Source: Candidatus Latescibacterota bacterium
GTDB lineage: Bacteria > Latescibacterota > UBA2968 > UBA8231
NCBI GenBank assembly: GCA_965242865.1
Contig: CBDETK010000013.1
Span: 1,280,001 to 1,344,000, forward strand
DNA: 64,000 bases
Direction: 5' to 3'
Below are positions 50,254 to 60,626 of the stretch, piece after piece (the first letter of the stretch is position 1; every line of letters starts with the position of its first letter). The position numbers were made by a program, and so were the translations under genes. The notes beneath the pieces are model-generated. The model had not been told where the DNA came from. It saw nothing but the letters and a program-made list of their open reading frames with translations, and did not search any database.

Positions 50254-50996
50254 GTCTCATTTTAGAAGGCTTGTATCTTCTGTTTGTTTTTGTTGGATTC
50301 CACTCTGTCAAAAAGGCTCTATTTCGCGGTAATTTTTTGCTCTTTGTTTCCTCGCTATCGATTCGGGACGGATTCGTCCCTAGGCTGCCCGAAGTGGTCT
50401 ACGGACGAGGTATAAGTTGGCTAGCGCAAACAAGGTAACGAGTTGAGCGGCATTGTTGGCCAAACCTCGATAGCGTACCGTGCGATAGCCCCAGCGGTGC
50501 TTGATGATGCCAAAGACATGTTCGACCCGGGCTCGGACGCGGTGGCTCTTGCGGTTAAACGAGCGGTCGGCACAGGTTAGTTTTCGATAGCGGGTGGCCT
50601 TGCGATGGACCCGCCACTCGATGCCTTGGGCTTCGGCCTCTTGCTGGCGTTGGGCATCGGCATCGGCTTTGTCGCCATAGATAACCTGTTCGTCGCCATG
50701 CAACCAGTCGGCCATGACTTGCGAATCATGGACTGAAGCCGAGGTCACTACCACGCGATGCACCCGTCCATGCGGATCACGGCCAATATGTGCTTTGAGG
50801 CCAAAGTGCCACGTCGTCCCCTTCTTCGTAGATCCCATCTCCGGATCCCAGGCGCGATCCCGATTCTGGGTCGAAGTCGGGATTTGTAGATCGTCGTCTC
50901 ATCGGGAATGTCGTCCAACGACACCCCCGCAAAACGCCACATCGATTCCATATCATACAGCCTATCCTCCATCGCCGGATCACTCAGATTATACCC
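50239..50996 (-). mobile_element. IS5-family remnant with degraded transposase
   Basis: YNLSDPAMED.LY, IPDETTI, WHFGLKAHIG, VRARVEHVF, VRYRGL in broken frames; one end GGAAGCTCTGATTAAG at 50239, other end missing. Confidence 0.85.
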
Positions 50997-51022
50997 TTGT
51001 TACATGAAGTAAATACGCAACA

Positions 51023-53101
51023 TCACGGCTGCCGCCATCGGACGACGATCCCGGCCGGGTTTCGGATACTTCTGCAAAATGGGTTGCAGAAGGCAATCCC
51101 AAGGCACTTGTCCATTAAAATCTTATAAATCTCTTCAATGTTCATCGAACGCAAATCGAGATATCCGACGGTCGGTGAAACCTGGCAGGCCACCGGCTGA
51201 ATATCCACCCCAAAGATGCTATTCTGAATCAGGTACAGCTTGCGCCCAAAGTCTGAGTCGCGATAGTGCTCAAAGGTCTCGCTGATTTCCTTGAGTTCAG
51301 CCTCGCGTTCTTGTTGATCTTGGGTGTCAAACGCCGCATCCGCCTTAGCTAAGGCGCGTTCCTTTTGCAACTTCTCCCAGTGGGCGTTGTCGGGGTCAAT
51401 CCGCCGCAAGGCCAAAGTGAGTTTATGCAAGACCCCCATGGGAAACGCGCCCGATCCGACCGCCGGGTCCAGCACCTTGAGTTCCGCAATCGCCTGCACA
51501 ATGTCCGCCGCTTCGACCTCCTCAAAGAGTTCATTGGCATCATCAAACGCATCCTCATAGTCCAGCAAATAGCGCAACCGGGCTTGCCAAAACCCAACGT
51601 CGCCATCTCTTGGCGACACGTCAGCCAATGCCGCGACCAACGCCTCATCTACCATGTAATCCACCACCGGACGCGGCGTATAGTACGAGCCGGTCTGCTC
51701 GCGGACGGTGTTGCGGGTTTCGGGATTGTACGCGGCCAGCAAATTCTCGAACACCTTGCCGAGCAATTCCGGGTCAAGCGCGACTTCCTGTTCGGCGGGC
51801 GTGTTTTCCTCCACCGTGAATTTGTAGCGATTGAACAGGGAAATCAGCCCGTCATCGTCAAAAAACAGGCGGTTGGGAATGCTCAACTTGTGGTAGTGAA
51901 CATCGGAAAAGCAGTCAATGCGCCAGCCGCCATAAGTGGTAGATTCCTCGCTGTCCAGACAATCGAACAGGCCACCGTTGATAAAGGGCGTCTGGCTGAA
52001 CAGACACAACAGCTCATCCGGGTCGCTCATTTCTTGTTTGAAGCGATAGCGGGAGAAATCGCGGTGGGTGGCATTCTTCTTTTTGCTAAAACCGCGCTTG
52101 TCGATCTCGGTGTTAAGCGTGGCGAAAAACAGGTTTTGTAGCACCGCACGATAATAGGAATCACCCGCGTCTTGGTCGTAATCCTTCAGCAATTTGGCGA
52201 TTCGCGCCTCAATAAACAGGGCGTCGGCGATGAGCCTCTTTTCCTTGATGAACCAGACGAATAGCAGGCGAGTAATGAGGCGGATGACGTGTTCTTCGGC
52301 GTATAGGGGTCGCGCTTCGCCGGTTGGGAAAGTCGCTTCCTGAACCGCACGGTTGAACCATTTGTACAAATCTTGATAGAACCGCCGATTCAATTCTTCC
52401 GTGTCCAGCGCGTCCAACCAAGCGGCCAACAAGCCATCGAAGTTGGGCAACATGTCGTGGGCGTCCATCCACAGCAACCGCTGCCGCAGCGACAAGTCAG
52501 CGAGAATGTCCAACTGGGCGCGATGCGGCTCGGTCGGGTTAATCTCCCGGACCAGCGACACGTGGCCGAGCACATCGCGATTGGGATCGCGCTTGTGTTC
52601 GCGGCGGTGAACAAAGGACAGGGACAGCCGATCATTAGCGGTCTTGAACAGCACCACCGTCGGCATGGGAAATCGCTTGTTGATCTCGCGGGTAAAGGCG
52701 GCGTATTGCCCGCGTGGATAGGATGCGCCATTTAGCTCAACAGCGGCAAAGAGGAAGCTCCGAGCGTTGCCGCGGTCAAAATCGCCCGCGTTGAACCGCG
52801 TGCGTCGCACCACCGTGATTTCGGCATTGGTCACCTGAAAGAGAATTCGCACGGATTGGACGTTGTCGCGGAATGCCTGCGCGGTCTTCGTGTTTTCATT
52901 GGACGCAGGAAATTGCCGAATAAAGGCATCTGCGTTGCCCGCCAGCGCGAGGGTGCGCTCGCTCCGATAGCCCAACACGTCGAGCAAGTGAACGGCACTT
53001 TCGCACCATTCACCCGTTTGGCAGCACCGTATGGCTTTACGGATCTCCTGTTTGTATGCTGTATCATTCATCTTTAGCAGTCCTAAATAACTTGAAGGCA
53101 T
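51023..53101 (-). pseudogene. Type IIG (Eco57I-like) RM enzyme, 3'-truncated
   Basis: PFINGGLF, DPELLGKVFENLL, GSYYTPR, DPAVGSGAF, GVDIQP, then a break before NPPY and the TRD. Confidence 0.85.
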
Positions 53102-53139
53102 GAAATGTTGATCGGCACCGTCTTTTTCGCCTATGAAAA

Positions 53140-53168
53140 GTCATTCCCGCGAACGCGGGAATCCAGTC
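53140..53168 (+). repeat. REP/dRS3-like palindrome
   Basis: GTCATTCCCGCGAACGCGGGAATCCAGTC (ATTCCC-N8-GGGAAT). Confidence 0.85.
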
Positions 53169-53186
53169 CTGAGTAATATGGGATTG

Positions 53187-56100
53187 CTATTTAATCACCA
53201 GCCACGTCACAAGTTCAAAATCCGTCGTTTTGCCGATCTGTTCATCGCGCCGCGGCAAGACACTGCGGCGACTAGACAAGAGATTGCCGATAGCCCGCTG
53301 CTGGTAGGTGCTGCTCAAAGACTGCACCGCTTTTTCGAGCAAGTCGTTGTATCGCGTCATGTCGGCGCCGTCGTCCGTCTGCTCGTCAAACAGGGCGCAC
53401 AATTCCTCATGCGGACTTTCCTCCCCTGCACACAACAGCCGATACAGCTCTAGTATCTGCTTGGGTTGGGCAAAAGTAAAGCGCACCTCGCCGCTCTTGC
53501 GGACATAGACGAGAAAATAGGGATGCAGCGGGTTTATCTGCTCATTGCCCGTTGAATCGCCTTGCTGCCGGAGACAAAAAACAACGCCGGCCGTAATCAT
53601 TGGATAATCCGCATGCGCTGGAACAACAGCATAAAGCCCCAAAGGAGCGTCTGCAAGGATTTGCCGATTGCTCTCGATGTACTTCACCAGTTCGACGCGG
53701 AAATCGTCGAGGGTAAATTCATTGAGCACGACGCTTTCGCTGAAATCCTCGAGGTCTAACACTTCGTCTTTCAATCGCAGCAATTGTTTGTCGCGGTAAG
53801 TGAGGTCCTGTTCGAGCAGGTCCCGCATCTCTTCGGGCGCCAATAGATTGTCTCCCTGCGTAGCGGCAATATCGACCAGTGCCATGCGCGCCTCAACGCG
53901 ATTTCTCAGGTTGATATAGCGATTGAGGTCGGGCGTGGGCCAGAAGTTGACGAGTTGAACTCGGTGGTTGATGCTCCCGATGCGGTCAATCCGCCCAAAC
54001 CGTTGGATGATGCGCACCGGATTCCAGTGAATGTCGTAGTTAATCAAGTAATCGCAATCTTGCAGGTTTTGCCCTTCGGATATGCAGTCCGTGCCGATTA
54101 GCAAATCGATCTCCCCGGCCTGCGGCATGGATGGCATCTGGGCGCGTTGCTTGGCCACCGGCGAAAAGTTCGTCAGAATGTGACTCAAGTCGCGCTGGCC
54201 AAACGTCGTTTGATTCCCGGACTCGCCGCCCGATACCATGGCCAGGTGAATCCCCAAGTCTTGGGTGGCCCATGGCCGCAGCGCGTCGTACAGATAGGCG
54301 GCGGTGTCGGCAAAATGGGTGAAAACCAACACCTTGCGATTCGGCTGGCCGCGCTGGTCAGCCGTCGGGTGCTTGACTTTGGCGGCGATGAGGTCCTTGA
54401 GTTTGGCGAGTTTAGCGTCGCGCTCGGGGGTAATGTCTTTGGCAAAAAGATACGGCAGTTCGAGTTGCTCTTTGTCGCGTTGCAAATCCGTCAGCCACGC
54501 TTCAACATCGAGATGCGCCATGTTGAAGACCAGCTTTTTCCCCACCTGCATTGCTTCTTGCAACTCTTCGTCCTCCAAGGCTTCAATTTCGGCTTCTTCC
54601 AAATCCAAATCGGGGTTGTCCGCGCGGAACGCCTGAAACCGCTGGATTCGTTTTGCTAGTGTCTCAATTTTTTCAATGGTCCGCTCCAGCGTAATGGCAA
54701 AGGAATGAACCGAACTTTCCAGCCGCTTGAGAAAGTTCACCTTCATCATGCCGATCAAGTAGTGTTCCCGGTCGCTTTGCCTAAAGTTTTTTATCGGCGG
54801 CCCATCGTATGCTGAACGGTATTGAGGGAGGACGTACCGCGAAGGATTGAACAAGGAAAGCTGGTACTTAGAGATTTCGTCGTTCAGATCGTCGTACGAC
54901 ATAAACCCATCTTGCCGCAAGTCAATGTTCGCATAGACGGCCTGCGGCTGACCGCGCTCGGGGAATCCACCCAGTTCCGCCAGCGAGTCCGGGTAGTATC
55001 GCTCGATGTGCTTGCGGGAACGGGCAATGGTCAACTCGTCGAGCAGCTTAAAAAAAGTGGAACTGAGCCGTTCCAAGAGCTCGCGGGTTTGGCGAGCGTC
55101 CGACCGCTTGGCCCATTCCGTAAAGGTGCGTTGAGCCGTGGCCAGCGTCTCTTGCAGGCTGGCCACGCCGAGCGATTCGCCAAAGGCGTCGTCGCGGCCT
55201 TCGGTCAAAAAGTAAAGCTGGTTGCGCAAGTCTTTCAGGTCGTTGTTCACCGGCGTCGCAGAAAGCAATAGCACCTTGGTCTTAACGCCGCGCTGGACAA
55301 CATCCTCCATCAACCGTTGATAGCGGCTCTTGCGAATTAGCTTGCCGTCCTCGTCCCGCTTGCCGGGCGTGTTGTTGCGGAAGTTGTGCGATTCGTCGAT
55401 GACCACCAAATCGAAATTGCCCCAGTGAATGGTCGCCAGATCGAGATCGCCCGACCGGCCGCGGTCGCGGCTCAGATCGGTATGGGCCAGCACCGTGTAG
55501 CGAAAGCGGTCTTTGAGGAACGGGTTGAGTGCGCTGTTGTTCTGCGCTTGATATATCGTCCAGTTGTCGCGCAGCTTCTTGGGACACAAGACGAGGACGC
55601 GGGCATTCAGCAGCTCAAAGTATTTGATCACGGCGAGGGCCTCAAAGGTCTTGCCCAAGCCCACGCTATCGGCGATGATGCAGCCATTGTGTTGCTGGAT
55701 TTTGTGGATCGCGTTCTTGGCGCCATCCCGCTGAAATTCAAACAGGGCCTGCCATATCTCCGTATCGACGAGTTGCTGTGGTCCGGTGAGCAGGCCGCTG
55801 TTTTCCTGTTCCGCCAAAAACCGCTCAAAAAGGTGAAACAGGGTTTTGTAGTAGATAAATTCCGGCGCGTGATTTTGGTAGAGCTGCTCTAGATAGGACA
55901 GCACATCCGCGGTGACATCTTTGACCCGGCTGTTGTCTTGCCACAGTTCGTCAAACCACGCCTTTAGGTCGCGGCGGTCGCGGTTGCTATCCACCTCCAG
56001 ATTGAGCTCAATGTTGTTGCCCGCACCCGTCGGACTCAGGCCCAAACCGCACACCGTAAAATTGGAACTGCCCAAGATCGCTTCTTCCACGCCGTTGCGG

Positions 56101-56492
56101 GCGATGTGGTACATTTTCCCGTGCAACAAATTCAACGCCCGAATGGACCGAATCTGTACCTTGCGGTCGATCCACTCGGCGCATTCTCGGGCCACGCGCT
56201 TTTGTTGGAGTCGATTTTGTAGCTGCAAGCCCTCGTCTTCGATTTTGAAGGCTTTTTTGTCGGTCCGTTCCGGGTCCAGGCTTTGGATAAAGCGCGGTTC
56301 GCCAAACAAAAACCGGAGGTCTTCGATGTCTAGCAGCGATGCCTTTAGCGCGTCAAAGGCATAAATGGTAAAGTACGCGGAGACGATGGAAAGCGATGAG
56401 CCGCCCTGGATCTTGGCCTTGAGAAACTCGCCCACCGTGCCGCGGCGGTGGTTGTCGCGGATGCCAGATGCGGCTGGGCTAGCGTCCGCCAT
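53187..56492 (-). CDS. PLD-nuclease/SNF2 helicase fusion, RM-associated
   Basis: LHGKMY..GSSNFT..NIELN (PLD-like), DSVGLGKT, DESHN, SATPVNN, QRFGRIDR. Confidence 0.9.
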   Translation of the reverse strand: MADASPAASGIRDNHRRGTVGEFLKAKIQGGSSLSIVSAYFTIYAFDALKASLLDIEDLRFLFGEPRFIQSLDPERTDKKAFKIEDEGLQLQNRLQQKRVARECAEWIDRKVQIRSIRALNLLHGKMYHIARNGVEEAILGSSNFTVCGLGLSPTGAGNNIELNLEVDSNRDRRDLKAWFDELWQDNSRVKDVTADVLSYLEQLYQNHAPEFIYYKTLFHLFERFLAEQENSGLLTGPQQLVDTEIWQALFEFQRDGAKNAIHKIQQHNGCIIADSVGLGKTFEALAVIKYFELLNARVLVLCPKKLRDNWTIYQAQNNSALNPFLKDRFRYTVLAHTDLSRDRGRSGDLDLATIHWGNFDLVVIDESHNFRNNTPGKRDEDGKLIRKSRYQRLMEDVVQRGVKTKVLLLSATPVNNDLKDLRNQLYFLTEGRDDAFGESLGVASLQETLATAQRTFTEWAKRSDARQTRELLERLSSTFFKLLDELTIARSRKHIERYYPDSLAELGGFPERGQPQAVYANIDLRQDGFMSYDDLNDEISKYQLSLFNPSRYVLPQYRSAYDGPPIKNFRQSDREHYLIGMMKVNFLKRLESSVHSFAITLERTIEKIETLAKRIQRFQAFRADNPDLDLEEAEIEALEDEELQEAMQVGKKLVFNMAHLDVEAWLTDLQRDKEQLELPYLFAKDITPERDAKLAKLKDLIAAKVKHPTADQRGQPNRKVLVFTHFADTAAYLYDALRPWATQDLGIHLAMVSGGESGNQTTFGQRDLSHILTNFSPVAKQRAQMPSMPQAGEIDLLIGTDCISEGQNLQDCDYLINYDIHWNPVRIIQRFGRIDRIGSINHRVQLVNFWPTPDLNRYINLRNRVEARMALVDIAATQGDNLLAPEEMRDLLEQDLTYRDKQLLRLKDEVLDLEDFSESVVLNEFTLDDFRVELVKYIESNRQILADAPLGLYAVVPAHADYPMITAGVVFCLRQQGDSTGNEQINPLHPYFLVYVRKSGEVRFTFAQPKQILELYRLLCAGEESPHEELCALFDEQTDDGADMTRYNDLLEKAVQSLSSTYQQRAIGNLLSSRRSVLPRRDEQIGKTTDFELVTWLVIK

Positions 56493-57009
56493 GGTGCAGG
56501 GCCTTTTGATACAGGCCGACGCTGTAGAACTCGTAAGCCGCCGCCTTGTCCGGGAAATCGACCACGTGGACCGTGAAGCGGGCCGGCACCCCGGCGTCGG
56601 GCATGCAGTCGCGGAAAAAGCGACTGTACGCTTCGGCGTATTCTTGGTAGAGCCGCTGTTGCTCCGCGTGAAAGTGCTGCGGATCGGTCAGGGGGTTTAC
56701 GTCCTTGGGCTGGGCGCCAAAGGCGTGGACTTCGATGAAATCGATCTGGGCAATGGAGTCGCAAATCTCGGCTTGCCGCAGCCACTGCTCCCAACAGCGA
56801 AAGACCAAGTCGACCTCAACGGCCGGCGTCATCCGCACCAACTCGTCGCGGCCGAGGATCCCCTGCGCCGAATGCCCGCCGGTCAAGCCAGCGAAGTAAA
56901 TTTTCAAGTCGCCGTTGTCCAGTGCTTCGGTCACCAAGGCCGATAAGGTGGGGTGCTCCCCGTTGTAGTAATAGGTCAATCGGCCGCGTTGCTTGACGTT
57001 AAATGCCAT
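56479..57009 (-). CDS. Hypothetical protein
   Basis: 176 aa, RBS GAAAGGA, host-like codon usage. Confidence 0.7.
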   Translation of the reverse strand: MAFNVKQRGRLTYYYNGEHPTLSALVTEALDNGDLKIYFAGLTGGHSAQGILGRDELVRMTPAVEVDLVFRCWEQWLRQAEICDSIAQIDFIEVHAFGAQPKDVNPLTDPQHFHAEQQRLYQEYAEAYSRFFRDCMPDAGVPARFTVHVVDFPDKAAAYEFYSVGLYQKALHHGGR

Positions 57010-57029
57010 GGTATTCCTTTCAGATTGCG

Positions 57030-59885
57030 TTAGAGTGCTTCGACGAAAATCTCGGCCCAATGCCGCGCCCGCCGCCCGGTAAAATCCGCGATCTGGTGGC
57101 GACACGAGGTCCCGACCGCCGCGATCTCCACCTCCTCGGCCGCATCCTCCAGCGCGGCAAAGAGCCGCTCCTGCCCCACCGCGCGCGATATTTCAAAGTG
57201 TTCCTTTTCGTAGCCAAAGCTGCCGGCCATGCCACAGCAGCCCGAGGGGATTTCCTCGGCCCGAAAGCCGGGGGGCATGTTGAGCACGGCCAGGGTCGCG
57301 GCCGTTCCGGTCAGGGCCTTTTGGTGGCAGTGGCCGTGGACCAAAATCTGGCGGGCCGTCTGGTTGAACTCCACCTCAAGCGGCGCCGCGCCGACGAGAA
57401 AGTCTTCGAGCAGGACCGTTTGCTCGGCCACGCGCTGGCTTTGCCGGTCGTCCATCAAGTCGCGGTAATCGTCGCTGAGGGCCGACGCGCAGCTCGGCTC
57501 CAGCCCGATGATCGGCACCCCTTGCTCGGCCCAAGGCGCGAGCACCTCGACGTTGCGCTGGGCCAAGGCGCGGGCGCGGTCGAGAAAGCCCTTGGATATG
57601 AACGGCCGACCGCAACAGACTTTGCCCTCGGCCAACACGACCTCGTACCCGGCGCGCTCCAAGATGGTCGTCGCCGCCCGGCCAATGGCCGGCTCGTTGT
57701 ACTCGACGAAGGTGTCGTTGAAGAGCACGACGCGGCCCTTGCGGCCGCTGGCTGGCGGCCGGCCGGCAAACCAGCGCGAAAACGGCTGGCGGGCAAAGGC
57801 CGGCAACCGGCGGCGGCGGTCAATGCCCAAAAATGCGTCCAACAGCCAGCGATTGAACCCGCTGCGGCCGATCCAATTCGACAGGGGGGCCAACGCCGAT
57901 CCCAAGCGGCTGATGCGGGCGATGTCGGCAAAGAGCCGCGACCGCAGGGGGTAGCCGTGCTGGCGATGGTAGTGGGCGAGAAATTCGTACTTGAGTTTGG
58001 CCATATCCACGCTCGACGGGCACTCGGCCTTGCAGGCTTTGCACTCCAAGCACAGGTCCATCACGCGGTGGACCGCTCGGCTGTGCAGGCCGTCGGGCAA
58101 TGCGCCGGAGAGCGCGGCGCGCAGGGCATTGGCGCGGCCGCGGGTGGTGTGCTCCTCGTCCAAGGTCGCCATGTACGACGGGCACATCGTGCCGACCAGT
58201 TTTTTGCGGCAGTGGCCCACCCCGGAGCACATTTCAACGGCTTCCTGAAAACCGCCCGCCTCGCTAAAGCTGAAAAACGTCTCGACCTGGGCTGTCTGGT
58301 AGCCCTCGTGGTAGCGCAGGTGCTCGTCCATCGGCGGGGGGCGGGTGATCTTGCCGGGATTCATGATTCCCTGTGGATCAAACGCATCCTTCACCTCGGC
58401 AAAAGCCGCGACCAACTCCGGGCTGAACATCTTGGCGATCCACTCGCTGCGGGCCAAGCCATCGCCGTGCTCGCCCGACACAGTCCCCCCGTACTCGCGC
58501 ACCATGTCGCTCATCCTCTCCTCGATCTGGCGCAAGAGCCGGATGCCCTCGGGGTCTTTGAGGCTGAAGATGGGCCGGATGTGCAACAGGCCGACGCTGG
58601 CGTGCCCATAGTACTCGGCCTCAATCCCCAATTCCTCCATCAGCGCGACCACTCGGCGGACGTAATCGGGCAGGTGGGCGACCGGGACGCAGGTATCCTC
58701 CACCCCGGGCTGGGGCTTGGGATCGCCCTTCATGCCCATCAAAAGCCCCAACCCGGCCTTGCGCAACGCCCATATCGCCTGCTGATCCCCAGCGGCCACG
58801 GCCCGCGCAAACGCATAGCCCATCCGGCGCGTACGCAAGCACTCTTCCAATTCGTCCAGCTTGCGGTGCAACTCGGCCTGGGAGTCCGCATAGTACTCCA
58901 CGATGAGCAAGGCGGCTGGATCGCCGGTGAGGAAGCGGCGGCTCGGGGCGTGTTCGAGCGAGCCTTGGGTTTGGTCGAGCAGAATTTTGTCGATCAACTC
59001 GCTCGCCACGGGCGCGGTCTCCAGCGCGGTCAGGTTGGCCTCCATGGCCTCGACCAAGTCGTGGAAGTGGACGGCCACCAAGCCCTGGTGCGCGGGCAAC
59101 TCAACCAAGTTCAATTGCGCTTCAACGACCGCGCAGAGCGTGCCCTCCGAGCCGACGACCAGCTTGCTCAGGTCAAAGGGCGCGCCGTCGATGAATTCGT
59201 CGAGATTGTACCCGGAAACGCGGCGCATCACTTGGGGAAATCCCGTGCGGATCGCTGCTTCGCGCTCGCGGACGATGCGGCGCACTGCGCGGTAAATGCG
59301 GCCTTCAAGGTGGTCCAAGCGCGCCCGGCGTTCGCACTCCTCGTCGTCGAGCGGCCCAAAGACCGCTTGCGAGCCGTCGGCCAACACCGCCTTTAGCTCC
59401 CGGATGTGGTCAATGGTCTTGCCGTAGATAATGGAGTGGGCGCCGCAGGAGTTGTTGCCGATCATGCCGCCGATATTGGCCCGGCTGCTCGTGGATACAT
59501 CGGGCGCGAACATCAGGCCGTAGGGCTGCAAGAACGCATTGAGCTCGTCGAGCACCAAGCCCGGCTGCACCCGAACCCAGCGCTCGTCCGGGTTGAACTC
59601 CAAGATCCGATTCATGTATTTGGAAAAATCGACATGGACCGCAGCTCCCACGGACTGGCCGGCCAAACTCGTGCCGCCGCCGCGCGGCAAGACGGCCGCT
59701 TGCTGCTCAGCGGCAATTTTTACGGTCGCGACGACATCGGCCTCGTCTTTGGGCACGACTAGGCCGAGGGGCTCCATCTCGTAGATGCTGGCGTCGGTGC
59801 GGTAGAGCATGCGCGAAACCGGGTCAAAGCGCACTTCGCCGCGCACGGCCTGCCGCAAGGCCATCTCCAAGGTATTTCTGTTCAT
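57030..59885 (-). CDS. FAD-linked oxidase with Fe-S/CCG domains (YdiJ/GlcDF-like)
   Basis: PRGGGTSLAGQ, SGEHGDG, CLECKACKAEC, HGHCHQK, CCGMAGSFG. Confidence 0.93.
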   Translation of the reverse strand: MNRNTLEMALRQAVRGEVRFDPVSRMLYRTDASIYEMEPLGLVVPKDEADVVATVKIAAEQQAAVLPRGGGTSLAGQSVGAAVHVDFSKYMNRILEFNPDERWVRVQPGLVLDELNAFLQPYGLMFAPDVSTSSRANIGGMIGNNSCGAHSIIYGKTIDHIRELKAVLADGSQAVFGPLDDEECERRARLDHLEGRIYRAVRRIVREREAAIRTGFPQVMRRVSGYNLDEFIDGAPFDLSKLVVGSEGTLCAVVEAQLNLVELPAHQGLVAVHFHDLVEAMEANLTALETAPVASELIDKILLDQTQGSLEHAPSRRFLTGDPAALLIVEYYADSQAELHRKLDELEECLRTRRMGYAFARAVAAGDQQAIWALRKAGLGLLMGMKGDPKPQPGVEDTCVPVAHLPDYVRRVVALMEELGIEAEYYGHASVGLLHIRPIFSLKDPEGIRLLRQIEERMSDMVREYGGTVSGEHGDGLARSEWIAKMFSPELVAAFAEVKDAFDPQGIMNPGKITRPPPMDEHLRYHEGYQTAQVETFFSFSEAGGFQEAVEMCSGVGHCRKKLVGTMCPSYMATLDEEHTTRGRANALRAALSGALPDGLHSRAVHRVMDLCLECKACKAECPSSVDMAKLKYEFLAHYHRQHGYPLRSRLFADIARISRLGSALAPLSNWIGRSGFNRWLLDAFLGIDRRRRLPAFARQPFSRWFAGRPPASGRKGRVVLFNDTFVEYNEPAIGRAATTILERAGYEVVLAEGKVCCGRPFISKGFLDRARALAQRNVEVLAPWAEQGVPIIGLEPSCASALSDDYRDLMDDRQSQRVAEQTVLLEDFLVGAAPLEVEFNQTARQILVHGHCHQKALTGTAATLAVLNMPPGFRAEEIPSGCCGMAGSFGYEKEHFEISRAVGQERLFAALEDAAEEVEIAAVGTSCRHQIADFTGRRARHWAEIFVEAL

Positions 59886-60004
59886 TTTGGGCATTCGCCT
59901 TTCCACTCTGCCGGGGGCTACCGCAATAGTAAGAAGGCACGCTGCGGGCCGTCAATTCCGCTGGGGCGCATTTTCACTTTTTGCAAAAAATATCCAATAT
60001 GTAG

Positions 60005-60033
60005 TTGACAGACGTTTTTAGCCCCAATAGATT
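60005..60033 (+). promoter_or_regulatory. Sigma-70-like promoter upstream of zapA
   Basis: TTGACA-N17-TAGATT. Confidence 0.65.
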
Positions 60034-60065
60034 GATTAGTTCCACGTGGTTAGCGTACGCAAAAA

Positions 60066-60111
60066 AGGGGCTTCCGGGACAAGGGGAGATCGCGGAAGCC
60101 CCTACTTTTTT
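60066..60111 (+). terminator. Terminator-like hairpin in the zapA leader
   Basis: AGGGGCTTCCG-N16-CGGAAGCCCCT followed by ACTTTTTT. Confidence 0.55.
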
Positions 60112-60126
60112 ATTCTCCCGAATCTC

Positions 60127-60456
60127 ATGTCACAAGACCAGCCTGTCGCGGTCCGCATCTACAATCAGACCTATCACCTCGTCAACAACGAGGGCCAAGA
60201 CCCGGAGTACATCCGGCACGCTGCGGCCTATCTCGACGAGAAGATGCAGCAAATAGCCGCTGCGGTTGGCTCCCGAAGTCCGCTCGATGTCGCCATCTTA
60301 GCCGGGCTGCATATCGCCGAAGAGGTGCTCCGCGCTCGCCAGCACAAGGACGCGCTGATCAACCGCGCCGATGCCCGCATCGGCTCCTTCACTCAGTTGC
60401 TGTCCGACGATCCCACCCCCCCAGACAGCCCCCCTACGGAAACCAAGCGGTTCTAA
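60127..60456 (+). CDS. zapA: Cell division protein ZapA
   Basis: VRIYNQTY, AAYLDEKM, VAILAGLHIAEE. Confidence 0.85.
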   Translation: MSQDQPVAVRIYNQTYHLVNNEGQDPEYIRHAAAYLDEKMQQIAAAVGSRSPLDVAILAGLHIAEEVLRARQHKDALINRADARIGSFTQLLSDDPTPPDSPPTETKRF

Positions 60457-60480
60457 TTCGCTGCTGCTGCTAGTTTTCGG

Positions 60481-60578
60481 CAGGACGCTACGTTGTGGTT
60501 TTACTGCGTGTACGTAGCCTTCAGTCATTCTCGCAAAAGGACGTCACCCCGTGCTCCGACACGGGGCGGGAATCCAGC
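60481..60578 (+). repeat. Degenerate direct repeat with composite REP-like palindrome (left copy)
   Basis: CAGGACGC..GGTTTTACTGCGTGTA..GCGGGAATCCA shared with 62089-62158. Confidence 0.75.
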
Positions 60579-60626
60579 GCGGGGTATGCTTAGCCCCACT
60601 TCCCTCGATCATACTCGCTCGCGTCG

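Noticed and set aside
57003-59396. 797-aa + strand ORF
   Set aside because: Antisense shadow of the FAD/FeS oxidoreductase; no motifs, and expected in high-GC DNA.
60457-60626. 6S RNA, often found after zapA
   Set aside because: No long rod with a central bubble was evident; the region is explained by the REP-containing repeat. An Rfam search would settle it.
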